A stretch of 64,000 bases of DNA, from contig CAYSKV010000005.1 of assembly GCA_964431805.1 (NCBI GenBank), forward strand, positions 3,435 to 67,434, in the 5' to 3' direction. This DNA comes from an uncultured Gammaproteobacteria bacterium (GTDB taxonomy: Bacteria; Patescibacteriota; Patescibacteriia; Patescibacteriales; GWC2-42-12). Each line of letters starts with the position of its first letter. The stretch's first letter is position 1. Made by a program: the position numbers and the translations under genes. Of this stretch, positions 1 through 9,328 are shown piece by piece. The notes beneath the pieces were generated by a model that saw only the letters and a list, made by a program, of their open reading frames with translations, did no database searches and had not been told where the DNA came from.

Positions 1-530
1 GTGATGCCGAAAAGTTCTTGCGCTTTTTCTTGAAACTTTGATTTAGGATCAAGATAAAGCTGATTTTTTAAAATATTATCTAATTTAGATAAAATAAAAG
101 CTTTAACGAATTTTTTAGCCGGCTTAATACCCTGATCTAAATAAAGCGCGCCGATAATCGCTTCCATGGCGTTAGCTAAAATAATTTGCCTGGCCTTAGA
201 ATTTTTATCTTTAGATTCTCCTTTGGATAAATATAAATATTTGTCTATGCCGAGTTCGTTAGCAATAGAAGCTAACATGCGGTAATTAACTAAACTAGCT
301 CGCCAGTTCGTTAAATCGCCTTCCGGCGTTTCTGAAAAATCGTGGAATAAAGTTTCCGTAACGATTATTTCTAAAACCGCGTCGCCTAAAAATTCTAATC
401 GTTCATTATGATGTAATTCAAAATCAGGATGCTCATTTAAATATGACCGGTGCACGACCGCCTGCTTTAATAAGTCAACATTTTTAAATTTAACATCCAT
501 TAATGCTTCTAGTTTGGAAAAGTCTTTCAT
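1..530 (-). CDS. rnc: Ribonuclease III, N-terminal part (C-terminus runs off the window start)
   Basis: Absent from the ORF track because there is no stop in the window. My minus-strand translation from the ATG at 528-530 reads MKDFSKLEALMDVKFKNVDLLKQAVVHRSYLNEHPDFELHHNERLEFLGDAVLEIIV. This contains the RNase III signature ERLEFLGDAVL. Confidence 0.9.
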   Translation of the reverse strand, partial: MKDFSKLEALMDVKFKNVDLLKQAVVHRSYLNEHPDFELHHNERLEFLGDAVLEIIVTETLFHDFSETPEGDLTNWRASLVNYRMLASIANELGIDKYLYLSKGESKDKNSKARQIILANAMEAIIGALYLDQGIKPAKKFVKAFILSKLDNILKNQLYLDPKSKFQEKAQELFGI

Positions 531-607
531 GATAATGGAAATTTGATATTTGAAATTAGAAATTCAATAAATAAATTAGAATCGCTAATTACAAATGGCA
601 AATTGTC

Positions 608-1084
608 TTAATTATTAATTGGTTCTTCAGTTGGCTCCTCGGCCTGCGGCTTTTCAACTTTTTTGAGAGTGCCGGCGACATCTTTATAAATCGCGCCTAA
701 AACTCCGTTAACAAATTTTCCAGACGATTCGCCGCCAAAAGTTTTGCCGATTTCAATGGCTTCATTAATCGCTACTTTAGAAGGTATATTTTGATCAAAA
801 ATTAATTCATAAACTCCAATGCGTAAAATATTTCTGTCAACAATAGTAATCTGATCTAACGGCCATTCAGTAGCATATTTAGTTATATATTTATCAATTT
901 CAGCTTCATGCTTTATCACGCCGTTAATTATACATTTAACAAAACCATGATCATTAAATTTCGGAGCAAACTGCTTAAAATTTTGCTCAATTAAATCATT
1001 TAAATCTTTTTCTTGCTTACCATTAAAATCCCAAGAAAACAGAGTTTGCATGGCAATAGTTCTGGCTAGATGACGATTAGACAT
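608..1084 (-). CDS. nusB: Transcription antitermination factor NusB
   Basis: 158 aa. [17 protein letters not shown] at the N-terminus and [26 protein letters not shown] are typical of NusB. Confidence 0.9.
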   Translation of the reverse strand: MSNRHLARTIAMQTLFSWDFNGKQEKDLNDLIEQNFKQFAPKFNDHGFVKCIINGVIKHEAEIDKYITKYATEWPLDQITIVDRNILRIGVYELIFDQNIPSKVAINEAIEIGKTFGGESSGKFVNGVLGAIYKDVAGTLKKVEKPQAEEPTEEPINN

Positions 1085-1121
1085 AAATTAAGGAATCAAT
1101 CCGCCAAAGGCGGACAGGGTT

Positions 1122-1322
1122 TTATTTTTTTTCTTTCTTAATCTTGCTTTTTATCTTTAAAACTTCTTTACCTTTATACGAACCGCAAAATTTACAAGCG
1201 GTATGAGGTAATACGGCTTTGCCGCATTTAGGGCATTTGTTTAATTTCACTTTTTTTAAAGCCTGGTGCGAACGGCCGCGTCGGGCTTCGCTTCTAGACC
1301 TTCGTTTTGCTGGTACTGACAT
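1122..1322 (-). CDS. rpmF: 50S ribosomal protein L32
   Basis: 66 aa. MSVPAKRRSRSEARRGRSH start plus CPKCG...CKFCG zinc ribbon, as in L32. Confidence 0.9.
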   Translation of the reverse strand: MSVPAKRRSRSEARRGRSHQALKKVKLNKCPKCGKAVLPHTACKFCGSYKGKEVLKIKSKIKKEKK

Positions 1323-1390
1323 AAAAAAATTTTATTAATTATTTATTAATTTAATCTTATTATAGCTTAAAAAACTTGATTTAGTCAAGG

Positions 1391-2425
1391 TTAAATAATC
1401 AGCATAGCATCGCCATAACTAAAAAAACGATATTTTTTCTTTATAGCTTGTTGGTAAGCTTTAAAAATTTTTTCTCTACTTGCGAAAGCGCTAACTAACA
1501 TTAAAAGCGTTGATTTAGGTAAATGAAAATTGGTTATTAAGCCATCAATAATTTTAAATTTATAACCTGGATAAATAAAAATATCTGTCCAGAAGGCCTG
1601 ATTCTTAACCGAAACTTTTTTAAAAACGCTTTCTAAAGTTCTAACCGAAGTCGTGCCCACGGCGATTATTCTTCGACCTTGTTTTTTTGCTTTAATAATA
1701 TTATTGATAGTTTTTTTATTAACCTCAACATATTCCGCATGCATTTTATGTTTAGTTATATCATCAACTTTAACCGGCGCGAATGTGCCTAAGCCAACCT
1801 GTAAAGTTACATATTCAAATTGCACGCCTTTTTTCTTAAGCTGGTTAATTAATTTTTTAGTAAAATGAAACCCGGCCGTAGGCGCGGCGACTGAACCAAT
1901 TTTTTTATCATCAGCATAAATCGTTTGATAATTTTTTTGATCGCTTTTTAATTTTTGCTCTCGTTTTATATATGGCGGTAAAGGCACTCGTCCGATTTTA
2001 TTTATTAGCTTCATAAAATCCGCGCCGCTCTTATTAAATTTTACATTCCAGGTGCCATTAAAATTATTTTTTAAAAATTTGGCTTTAAGTCCGCCGCTAA
2101 ATTCAACTTCTAAATTCTCTTTTCTTTTATGGCCGCCGATTAAACACTCCCAAATATTAGTTTTTACTTTATTTAACAAAAATACTTCGACTTTCCCGTG
2201 GGTAATGGCTCGTTTACCGATTAATCTTGCCGCCATTACTTTAGTATTATTTAAAACTAAAACGTCTCCCGATTTTAAATAATCTATAATATCATAAAAA
2301 TGCTTATGCAGGATTCTACCATTTTTTTTAGACAATAATAAAAGCCGCGAATGATCTCGCGGACTAATTGGTTTTTGCGCGATTAAATTTTTCGGCAGAT
2401 TATAATCAAACTTTTTCAACTCCAT
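1391..2425 (-). CDS. queA: S-adenosylmethionine:tRNA ribosyltransferase-isomerase
   Basis: 344 aa. FDYNLPKNLIAQKPISPRDHSRLL start, AAPTAGFHFT and FFSYGDAML motifs match the QueA family. Confidence 0.9.
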   Translation of the reverse strand: MELKKFDYNLPKNLIAQKPISPRDHSRLLLLSKKNGRILHKHFYDIIDYLKSGDVLVLNNTKVMAARLIGKRAITHGKVEVFLLNKVKTNIWECLIGGHKRKENLEVEFSGGLKAKFLKNNFNGTWNVKFNKSGADFMKLINKIGRVPLPPYIKREQKLKSDQKNYQTIYADDKKIGSVAAPTAGFHFTKKLINQLKKKGVQFEYVTLQVGLGTFAPVKVDDITKHKMHAEYVEVNKKTINNIIKAKKQGRRIIAVGTTSVRTLESVFKKVSVKNQAFWTDIFIYPGYKFKIIDGLITNFHLPKSTLLMLVSAFASREKIFKAYQQAIKKKYRFFSYGDAMLII

Positions 2426-2951
2426 GTGTTTTTTTATTTTCTTCTGCTAACTTAATTATAATATCTCTAACTTGCTCTGGTTTAGGAATTTGCATAAAAG
2501 CAAATCTTTGCACTTCGCCGGCCGTCTGCACATGAACATCGCCATAGCGAAAAATAAATTGGAATAAGCCTTTAAGCTCGCTAGTCACATCCTGAATTTG
2601 CGATAATTTTAATTCCGAAACTGTTCGTGAAAAAAAACCTTCCTGTCTAACATCAATTATCCGCTGGTTAGTAATTATCCAAATATCTAAATAATAATCA
2701 ATGAAAGTGAAAAAACCAAACAGCCAAATAAATAAAATATACCCGCTTACCGCTATAAGAATTAGAGGATAAGAAATTTCACCTAACAGTAAATTAGGAT
2801 AAAGATTTAAGGTAACATATCCGGCTAAAGCCGGTAAGCCAATTAAAAGTACGCCTAAAACAAACCTTATAAATAAAACAAAAGTATCTTTTCTTAAAAT
2901 TTTTATAATCTTTTCGTCTGGTAATTTTTCTAATAATTTATAAATTAACAT
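2406..2951 (-). CDS. Membrane protein with bacterial PH (YdbS/YdbT-like) domain
   Basis: 181 aa. Two TM helices followed by a WIITNQRIIDV...GDVHVQTAG bPH-like fold pattern. Its 3' end overlaps the queA start. Confidence 0.6.
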   Translation of the reverse strand: MLIYKLLEKLPDEKIIKILRKDTFVLFIRFVLGVLLIGLPALAGYVTLNLYPNLLLGEISYPLILIAVSGYILFIWLFGFFTFIDYYLDIWIITNQRIIDVRQEGFFSRTVSELKLSQIQDVTSELKGLFQFIFRYGDVHVQTAGEVQRFAFMQIPKPEQVRDIIIKLAEENKKTHGVEKV

Positions 2952-2954
2952 AGG

Positions 2955-3215
2955 TTAAAATTTATTAGTGCCAAAAATATCGTTGCCGCCCTGAAAAATC
3001 GTTAAACCGATACTCCAATCAATTTGGCTTAAATATTGATAGGAAAAAAATAAAATAACTATTGAGCCAGCAATATAAAAAAAGGCCGCGATAAAAGTTC
3101 CAAAACTAACTTGGCCGTATCTTATAATATGAAAAAGCGCGATTAGACTAAAAATTAGCCAAACGACTAGAAATAGTAAATATAAAAATAGAAATGCGAT
3201 TAAAGGAATGGTCAT
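2955..3215 (-). CDS. Small hydrophobic membrane protein (3 predicted TM), unknown function
   Basis: 86 aa, almost entirely hydrophobic. Overlaps the ruvB stop by 4 nt, so it is probably operonic. Confidence 0.5.
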   Translation of the reverse strand: MTIPLIAFLFLYLLFLVVWLIFSLIALFHIIRYGQVSFGTFIAAFFYIAGSIVILFFSYQYLSQIDWSIGLTIFQGGNDIFGTNKF

Positions 3216-4234
3216 AAAATTTTTTCTTGTCCGCTCTTTTTACGGCCTAAATGTTTATACGCCATATTCGTGGCGATACGGCCGCGCGGCGTTCTATCTA
3301 AAAATCCTAATTGCATTAAATATGGTTCATAAACTTCTTCAACCGTCGCAATATCTTCGGCCGTAGAAGCGGCGATTGCGGAAAGCCCGACCGGTCCGCC
3401 GTTAAATTTATCAATAATTACTTCTAAAATTTTTCTATCTACCCAATCTAAACCGAGTTCGTCCACTTCTAATAGTTTAAAAGCTTCCTGACAATAATTC
3501 AAGCTAATATCGCCGTCGCCTTCAACCTGGCAATAATCGCGTACTCTTTTTAAAAGTCGGTTAGCGACGCGAGGTGTGCGGCGCGAACGCTTAGCGATTT
3601 CTTCGGCCGGCTCATTCGGCAATTTTATATTTAAAATTTTCGCGCTTCGACCAATTATTTTTTTAATATCATCACTTTGATAAAAATCTAAATGATAAGT
3701 CATGCCGAAACGATCCCTTAAGGGCGATGATAATAAACTAATTTTCGTGGTCGCGCCGATAATCGTAAAACGTGGTAAATCAAGGCGTAAAGTTCTAGCC
3801 GATGGACCTTTGCCAATTATTATATCTAAGGCATAATCTTCCATAGCCGGATAAAGAATTTCTTCAATGGTTTTATTAAGCCTATGGATTTCGTCAATAA
3901 ATAAAATATCACCTTCATTAAGGTTTGTTAAAATAGCGGCTAAATCGCCGGATTTTTCAATTACCGGTCCGGAAGTAACTCTTACGTTAACTCCGAGTTC
4001 ATTAGCGATAACATGAGCTAAAGTTGTCTTACCTAAACCAGGCGAACCATATAATAAAACATGCTCGATTGATTCTTTTCTATTTTGCGCCGCTTTAAGA
4101 AAAATTCGTAAATTTTCTTTAATTTTATCTTGTCCGACGAATTCGCTTAATTTCTTTGGGCGTAAAGTTAAATCTAAAGTTTTATCATCAGCCGCCTCCT
4201 CGGGGGCAATGACTCGCTCATTTATATCTGTCAT
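3212..4234 (-). CDS. ruvB: Holliday junction branch-migration helicase RuvB
   Basis: 340 aa. Walker [18 protein letters not shown], and a C-terminal winged-helix region of RuvB. Confidence 0.95.
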   Translation of the reverse strand: MTDINERVIAPEEAADDKTLDLTLRPKKLSEFVGQDKIKENLRIFLKAAQNRKESIEHVLLYGSPGLGKTTLAHVIANELGVNVRVTSGPVIEKSGDLAAILTNLNEGDILFIDEIHRLNKTIEEILYPAMEDYALDIIIGKGPSARTLRLDLPRFTIIGATTKISLLSSPLRDRFGMTYHLDFYQSDDIKKIIGRSAKILNIKLPNEPAEEIAKRSRRTPRVANRLLKRVRDYCQVEGDGDISLNYCQEAFKLLEVDELGLDWVDRKILEVIIDKFNGGPVGLSAIAASTAEDIATVEEVYEPYLMQLGFLDRTPRGRIATNMAYKHLGRKKSGQEKIL

Positions 4235-4326
4235 ACTTATATTTTAGCTTTTTAGGGAGTTTAAGTAAAGTTAATGTGATAATATGTTTTATTTTTATAT
4301 TTTTTATTATTTAGACACAAAATCTG

Positions 4327-4534
4327 TTGACAAAACGCTTAATTTTTGCTAAAATAACATTAGATAATACAAAATTATATTATCTAAAAACAAAAACAAA
4401 AAACATGACTAAAAATAACGTCAATTTGGCTAAAAATAGCTCAAATTGGTTTAAAATATTAGAAAAAAGCAATGGACAGGAGTTTATCTAATTTAAACTC
4501 TTTTATGTCCATTGCTTTTTTAATAAACAAAAAT
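4327..4534 (+). promoter_or_regulatory. Promoter (TTGACA 4327-4332, 17 nt, TAAAAT 4350-4355) plus ~175-nt structured leader ending in a terminator-like hairpin (4469-4515, then T6). Copy A of a duplicated cassette.
   Basis: Consensus -35/-10 hexamers with 17-nt spacing. Hairpins: TTAGATAATA/TATTATCTAA, and GCAATGGACA...TGTCCATTGC with an inner GAGTTTA/TAAACTC stem followed by TTTTTT. About 88% identical to the minus-strand copy at 59002-59205. Confidence 0.6.
4405..4491 (+). CDS. Candidate leader peptide (uORF, 28 aa) MTKNNVNLAKNSSNWFKILEKSNGQEFI
   Basis: An ATG-initiated frame is conserved in leader copy B (MIKNNANLAKNSINWFKILEK...). The stop lies inside the loop of the terminator-like hairpin. 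No SD, but most genes here lack one. Confidence 0.3.
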   Translation: MTKNNVNLAKNSSNWFKILEKSNGQEFI

Positions 4535-7516
4535 ATGAAAATAACAAAAAACAAAAACAAAAAAACAAAAAAAATAATCTTTCCTCTCTTAATTTTCGTT
4601 TTAATTTTTAACTTAGCCCCTTCGGTTGTTCGAGCAACTACGGCCTATGACAGTATTAATGGTATTTATACTGATGATTTTGCTAATAACTCGGGCGTGC
4701 CGACTAGAAGTTATATTAATGTTAATACCGCTACCGGCGCACTTCAATTAACTAATGCCAGCAATCAAAGCAGTTTCGCCACTCCTTATAAAGACAACGG
4801 TTATGCTATAACTGGCTCAATTGCCCCTGTATTACTAGCTAAATGGGGCACGATTTCTCTTGATGCAAATATACCAGAAGGAACTACTCTTAAAATTCAA
4901 GTAATGGATGATAGCAATACTCTATTTTCTGATACAAACTTGCCTGGCAATTCTTCTGGCGTAGAAGCAACTAACATAGATATTAGTAATGTTGATATTT
5001 TACATTGCGCCCCGGGTCTTAATTGTAATAAGCCGTATGTTATAAAAATTAAATTTTTAATGACTACTACTGATACTGCTGTCACGCCGACGATTAATAA
5101 TTTAACTGTTACCTGGGCTACAACTCAAGGTGATTTGTCCGCCGCTGAACCAGACACTACTTCAGCTTGGCCATCATATAACGTTAATCAGCAAAGTACC
5201 AACCATGTACCTTTTGCTAATTCTCAAATTTACCCAACATTTAAATGGGCTAGCGCCCAATTTGAAAGAGATTATGGCGTTGAGGGAATATATATTCTAG
5301 ATGATAAAATTTTTGGTTATACCGGCTATTACGGCGGATATATGTTTGCTCAAGACAAAGATACCGGAGAAGACCTTTGGAGGCTTCCATATAATAGATG
5401 CAGCGGACCAAGAGGATCTATCAGCAGTAACGGAACTTTTTATGGCACTGACATAGGTTGTGATGGTTTTTATGTAATAGACACTAACACGGGCCAATTA
5501 AAATGGCTATATAATTTTTATGGTGGACATGGTTCTGGGCAGACGATTATAGGAAGTGATGGAACTATTTATACTGATAGAAATTCTGGGGGTAATGGTA
5601 CCGATATTTTTTACGCTTTTAATCCTGATGGTTCAATAAAATGGACAAAAAATATTATTCTTTCAGAAACTGTTGGAGATAGGTTAAGTATTAATTCATT
5701 ATTTATGAGCTCAGATGATACTATCTATTTGCCTTTTTCCACTTATGATTCTAGTTACAACAGCACAAACCATGGCAAACTTGTTGCAATTAATTCCGAA
5801 GATGGTTCAACAAAATGGACATATAATACTGGTGATTTAGGATGGCGTGCAATAATAGATAATAATGGAACTATTTATGTTACTTCTGATTATCAATATA
5901 ATGCTACATTAGGAGATTATGTAGCTACAGAAAAAAAGATTTTTGCTATTAACCCGGACGGAACTTTAAAATGGGAAAGAACTACAGGAGAAAATACAAA
6001 ACAAGGTTATAATAGTTTTTCATTAAGAAATGATGGGATACTGCTAGCGCTTAGGGGCCAAAATGAGTGGAACGAACCAAACAAATTAGAAGCGATTAAT
6101 ACTAGTGACGGATCTTTGCTTTGGTCAGAAGAAACTACTGCTTATGATATCTCTTTTTCTGATAATAACAACGGATTTGTCTATGCGGATGGCGTTGCCG
6201 GCGCCAATGCAAATGATTATTATACAAGAGTTAATTATTTTGACTCAAACGCTAATTTAAAATGGAGAGTTGCTTACCCATATAATACTGATCCAAACAA
6301 TTCCGGTGGTTATGTTTATTATAGTTTAGGAAGTATTGTCCAAGATGAACGCGGTTGGATTTATGGTTCGCTTGGTAAAGGTGCTTATGACAATGACACC
6401 GATTGGAATGCTTTACCTGAAGAAATGTTCGCTAAATCTTTTGCTTTAGCTCCTTGGACTTTAAGTAATCAAACCCTGCCATATGATCATCAACAGCAAA
6501 GAGATACTTTAAATTTTAGCGTTGTTTCTTCGATGCTTGAAACTAACCCTGTTTTCTCCGGCGACAACAAAGTGCAAGTAATAATGGATAATGGCGATAA
6601 AATAGCTCTTAGTTATAGCGGTTTAGATGCTAGCGGCAACAGCCTTTGGACAGGTTCCTATACTATACCGGCCGATGCAGTCGCTGGCACGCACACTTAT
6701 ACTATTGAAGCCGCGCAAAGTTATCTGCAAACAGATATTACTACTCATTTTGCTTCTGCTCCAACAGAATCAAACAACACCGGTATTACTGCTACAGGCA
6801 CTTACTATATTTATGAGCGTGGCGGCACTGTAATATTGTCTCCTACTACTCTCGCGCCAACTACACCCAACAATACTGCAAATATAGCTACGCCTAACGC
6901 TAACAGCGAACCAGCGTCTAATTCAAGTCAATTAAACTCAACCGAATCACATACTGAACAAAATCAAACGCAAAACCAAAGCCAAGCCACAACAATTTTT
7001 AATCATAATCAATTTGTTCCTTTAAGCGACAATGAAAAAAAATTATATTCAACTATTATAGAAAGTGATGAAAATTTAGATGATCAAATAAAATATGCTA
7101 TTGCTTATTTTATTAATTTTGGCACTCCTAATACAAAACACTTAGGCGCGGGAGAAAGAGCTGGCGTGATAAAATCTTATAAATCCGCTTTTAAAAAATT
7201 GCCGAGATCAACGGCAGACTGGGAAGATATAATAAAAATCGCTAACGGTATTGCTCCTATTGAAAGAAGTCAAAACGCTGAAGATCAAGCTAAAAAATTC
7301 TTTAAAACAATTTATCAAAGAGAGGCTGACATTACTAACGTTTATGACAATAACGCTATCATAATAATGGCTTACGGTTTACGCCCAACCGCTCGTGATT
7401 TAAATAGCGAGCTATCTTCTATAAAAACTTTTAAAGTAATATTCGGATTTATGCCGCAATCAACTGAACAATGGAATATGATAAAAGCTATTGCTTATAG
7501 CGGAGTGAGTAAATAA
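4535..7516 (+). CDS. Giant secreted protein: signal peptide, PQQ/BamB-like beta-propeller repeats, Thr/Asn/Gln-rich linker, conserved C-terminal domain
   Basis: The ORF-track frame 4472-7516 was trimmed to the ATG at 4535 (MKITKNKNKKTKKIIFPLLIFVLIF...VRA signal peptide) because the upstream part is the leader hairpin. Repeated ..G..KW.. blades: TGQLKWLYNF, DGSIKWTKNI, DGSTKWTYNT, DGTLKWERTT, DGSLLWSEET. The C-terminal ~165 aa are homologous to the C-terminus of 55666-59001. Confidence 0.85.
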   Translation: MKITKNKNKKTKKIIFPLLIFVLIFNLAPSVVRATTAYDSINGIYTDDFANNSGVPTRSYINVNTATGALQLTNASNQSSFATPYKDNGYAITGSIAPVLLAKWGTISLDANIPEGTTLKIQVMDDSNTLFSDTNLPGNSSGVEATNIDISNVDILHCAPGLNCNKPYVIKIKFLMTTTDTAVTPTINNLTVTWATTQGDLSAAEPDTTSAWPSYNVNQQSTNHVPFANSQIYPTFKWASAQFERDYGVEGIYILDDKIFGYTGYYGGYMFAQDKDTGEDLWRLPYNRCSGPRGSISSNGTFYGTDIGCDGFYVIDTNTGQLKWLYNFYGGHGSGQTIIGSDGTIYTDRNSGGNGTDIFYAFNPDGSIKWTKNIILSETVGDRLSINSLFMSSDDTIYLPFSTYDSSYNSTNHGKLVAINSEDGSTKWTYNTGDLGWRAIIDNNGTIYVTSDYQYNATLGDYVATEKKIFAINPDGTLKWERTTGENTKQGYNSFSLRNDGILLALRGQNEWNEPNKLEAINTSDGSLLWSEETTAYDISFSDNNNGFVYADGVAGANANDYYTRVNYFDSNANLKWRVAYPYNTDPNNSGGYVYYSLGSIVQDERGWIYGSLGKGAYDNDTDWNALPEEMFAKSFALAPWTLSNQTLPYDHQQQRDTLNFSVVSSMLETNPVFSGDNKVQVIMDNGDKIALSYSGLDASGNSLWTGSYTIPADAVAGTHTYTIEAAQSYLQTDITTHFASAPTESNNTGITATGTYYIYERGGTVILSPTTLAPTTPNNTANIATPNANSEPASNSSQLNSTESHTEQNQTQNQSQATTIFNHNQFVPLSDNEKKLYSTIIESDENLDDQIKYAIAYFINFGTPNTKHLGAGERAGVIKSYKSAFKKLPRSTADWEDIIKIANGIAPIERSQNAEDQAKKFFKTIYQREADITNVYDNNAIIIMAYGLRPTARDLNSELSSIKTFKVIFGFMPQSTEQWNMIKAIAYSGVSK

Positions 7517-7535
7517 AAATTAAAAAAACAAAAAA

Positions 7536-7562
7536 ACACCGCTGTCAAAGCGGTGTTTTTTT
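7536..7562. terminator. Bidirectional intrinsic terminator
   Basis: ACACCGC-tgtcaaa-GCGGTGT flanked by an A-run and a T-run, between convergent genes. Confidence 0.7.
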
Positions 7563-7580
7563 ATACAAAATTTATAATCT

Positions 7581-8381
7581 CTAATTTCCCTTTTTCGGCA
7601 TCTCCCCGTTCAAAGCTTTTTTAATTATGTCTTTTACTTCTTCGGAAAAATCAGAAGCTAAAACCCAGCTTAAAAAACCTGGATCTGTTTTAGCTACTTC
7701 GGCGAGCGACCTGTCTTTATGTTTAGAAAAAGCCAAAAAAGCTTCGCCGCCTCGCCAATAAAATTTTCGATCAGTATCAACGAAGCGATCATCCGTAGTA
7801 TGATGAATTTTATAAATAAAATTCCAATCTCTGGTTTCTTTATATTTTTCTAATTGCTTAGTTAAAACTTCGGCCGTGGCTTCAACGTCGCCTAAAGCGT
7901 TATGCGCTTCGCCATGATCTTTTTTACAATAAAATTTATAAGCCGCGGAAAGCGTGCGCGGCTCCATGGCATGATAAATTATTTTAGCGTCAATAATCTT
8001 GGCTGACGAATAATCAAAATCCATGCCCACTCTTAAAAATTCTCGTTTAAGTATTGGCAAATCAAAAGTTAGAACATTAAAACCGCTGTAAGCACAATCG
8101 TTAAATACATTAAAAAATTCTTCGGCCATATCTTTAAAAGTCGGCTGGTTTTTTACGTCCTCGTCCGAAATCCCGTGAATAGCGAAAGCTTCGGCCGGTA
8201 TTTTCATTTCTGGATTTAAAAATAAATCGCCTTTTAAAATTTCGCCATCCGGCATAATTTTCATATACGCGATTTCAATAATTCTGTCTAAACTAATAGA
8301 TAGGCCGGTGGTTTCTAAATCAAAAATCACTAATGGTTTATCTAAGGTAATTAATTCATTTATTTTTTTTGTTTTTGGCAT
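7581..8381 (-). CDS. DEDD-family 3'-5' exonuclease (DnaQ/epsilon-like) with C-terminal extension
   Basis: 266 aa. ExoI VIFDLETTG, ExoII SGFNVLTFDLPIL, ExoIII HNALGDVEA. Confidence 0.8.
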   Translation of the reverse strand: MPKTKKINELITLDKPLVIFDLETTGLSISLDRIIEIAYMKIMPDGEILKGDLFLNPEMKIPAEAFAIHGISDEDVKNQPTFKDMAEEFFNVFNDCAYSGFNVLTFDLPILKREFLRVGMDFDYSSAKIIDAKIIYHAMEPRTLSAAYKFYCKKDHGEAHNALGDVEATAEVLTKQLEKYKETRDWNFIYKIHHTTDDRFVDTDRKFYWRGGEAFLAFSKHKDRSLAEVAKTDPGFLSWVLASDFSEEVKDIIKKALNGEMPKKGN

Positions 8382-8444
8382 GAAATAGATTTGTTAATTT
8401 TTTATGTTTTCTATCTTTTTTTATTTTACAACAATTTTTTAAAT

Positions 8445-8477
8445 AAAAACACCCCCGACTTCTCGGGGGTGTTTTTT
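8445..8477. terminator. Bidirectional intrinsic terminator after the RRM gene
   Basis: ACACCCCCGA-cttc-TCGGGGGTGT flanked by A- and T-runs. Confidence 0.7.
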
Positions 8478-8500
8478 ATGTGATATCTGAAATAATCTTT

Positions 8501-8833
8501 TTACCAATTATTTCCGCCACGGTTACCGCGATCGCGGTCAAATCCGCCACGGCTGTTGCCGCCGAAACTTCTTTTCGGTCTGTCTTCCTGAGGTCTAGCC
8601 TCATTAACAGTGATTACGCGGCCTTCAAGCTCTTTACCGTTAAACATATCAATAGCGGCTGTAGCTTCTTCTTCAGTTGACATTTCAACGAAACCAAAAC
8701 CTTTTGATCTGCCAGTCATCTTATCCATGATAACGATGGCTGAAGTAACTGTTCCGGCTTGTGAAAAAGCATCTTTTAAACCGCCTTCGGTGGTTGAATA
8801 TGGTAAACCACCAACGTATAATTTTTTGTTCAT
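8501..8833 (-). CDS. RNA-binding protein, RRM (RNP-1/RNP-2) domain with Gly/Arg-rich tail
   Basis: 110 aa. RNP-2 LYVGGL, RNP-1 KGFGFVEM, C-terminal RGGFDRDRGNRGG. Confidence 0.9.
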   Translation of the reverse strand: MNKKLYVGGLPYSTTEGGLKDAFSQAGTVTSAIVIMDKMTGRSKGFGFVEMSTEEEATAAIDMFNGKELEGRVITVNEARPQEDRPKRSFGGNSRGGFDRDRGNRGGNNW

Positions 8834-8991
8834 AACTTTCTTACGCTTTTTAGGGATATTCTAAATCCCATAATAATTAAATGTAAGTCGACTTTCTTAT
8901 TTTACTTTTTAATTACGCGAAAAGCATAAGAAAAGAAAAATAACTCTTACAAAAGAAGTATAGCCTATATTAGCTAAAATGTCAAGTCCGA

Positions 8992-9327
8992 CTAGAGTAA
9001 GTCTTTTACCTCGTCCATTATTTCTTTAGGAATTGAATTTCTTTTTGGGCTTACCCCTGGATAGCGCCAGGCGCTGATAATTTTTTTCTTAGCTTTATCT
9101 AGTTGATACATTGCCCAAATTTCCGAATTCCAAGTTTTCTTTTTGCTGTTAATTGACGTCGGCTGCATAACCGCGGTCGTATTTTCGGCCACGCCTTCTT
9201 CAATTCTAGCCGGATGATTAATTACGCGTAAAATTCTTTGCGCCGTTAAGCCGTAATATTGCATCTTGCCAAGAGCGTGAGAAGTCCAAAAAAATCGTTC
9301 ATTATTTTTAGGCGCTTTAAATTGCAT
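8992..9327 (-). CDS. Small conserved hypothetical protein (possibly DUF4258-like)
   Basis: Trimmed to the ATG at 9325-9327, 1 nt after the stop of the upstream Fe-S gene (TAAcATG coupling). WTSHALGKMQYYGLTAQRILRVINHP resembles the helper-helix start of DUF4258-type proteins. Weak call. Confidence 0.4.
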   Translation of the reverse strand: MQFKAPKNNERFFWTSHALGKMQYYGLTAQRILRVINHPARIEEGVAENTTAVMQPTSINSKKKTWNSEIWAMYQLDKAKKKIISAWRYPGVSPKRNSIPKEIMDEVKDLL

Positions 9328-9328
9328 G

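Noticed and set aside
1653-2282. Plus-strand ORFs of 71 and 76 aa inside queA. The same class occurs at 8480-8864, 9876-10544, 22089-22667, 25581-26179, 30852-31081, 34262-34514, 34929-35191, 37276-37956, 40921-42296, 46586-47569, 60115-60819 and 61443-61826.
   Set aside because: These are shadow ORFs antisense to well-supported genes. They have low-complexity or Cys/Ser/Ile-rich translations, no start context and no motifs.
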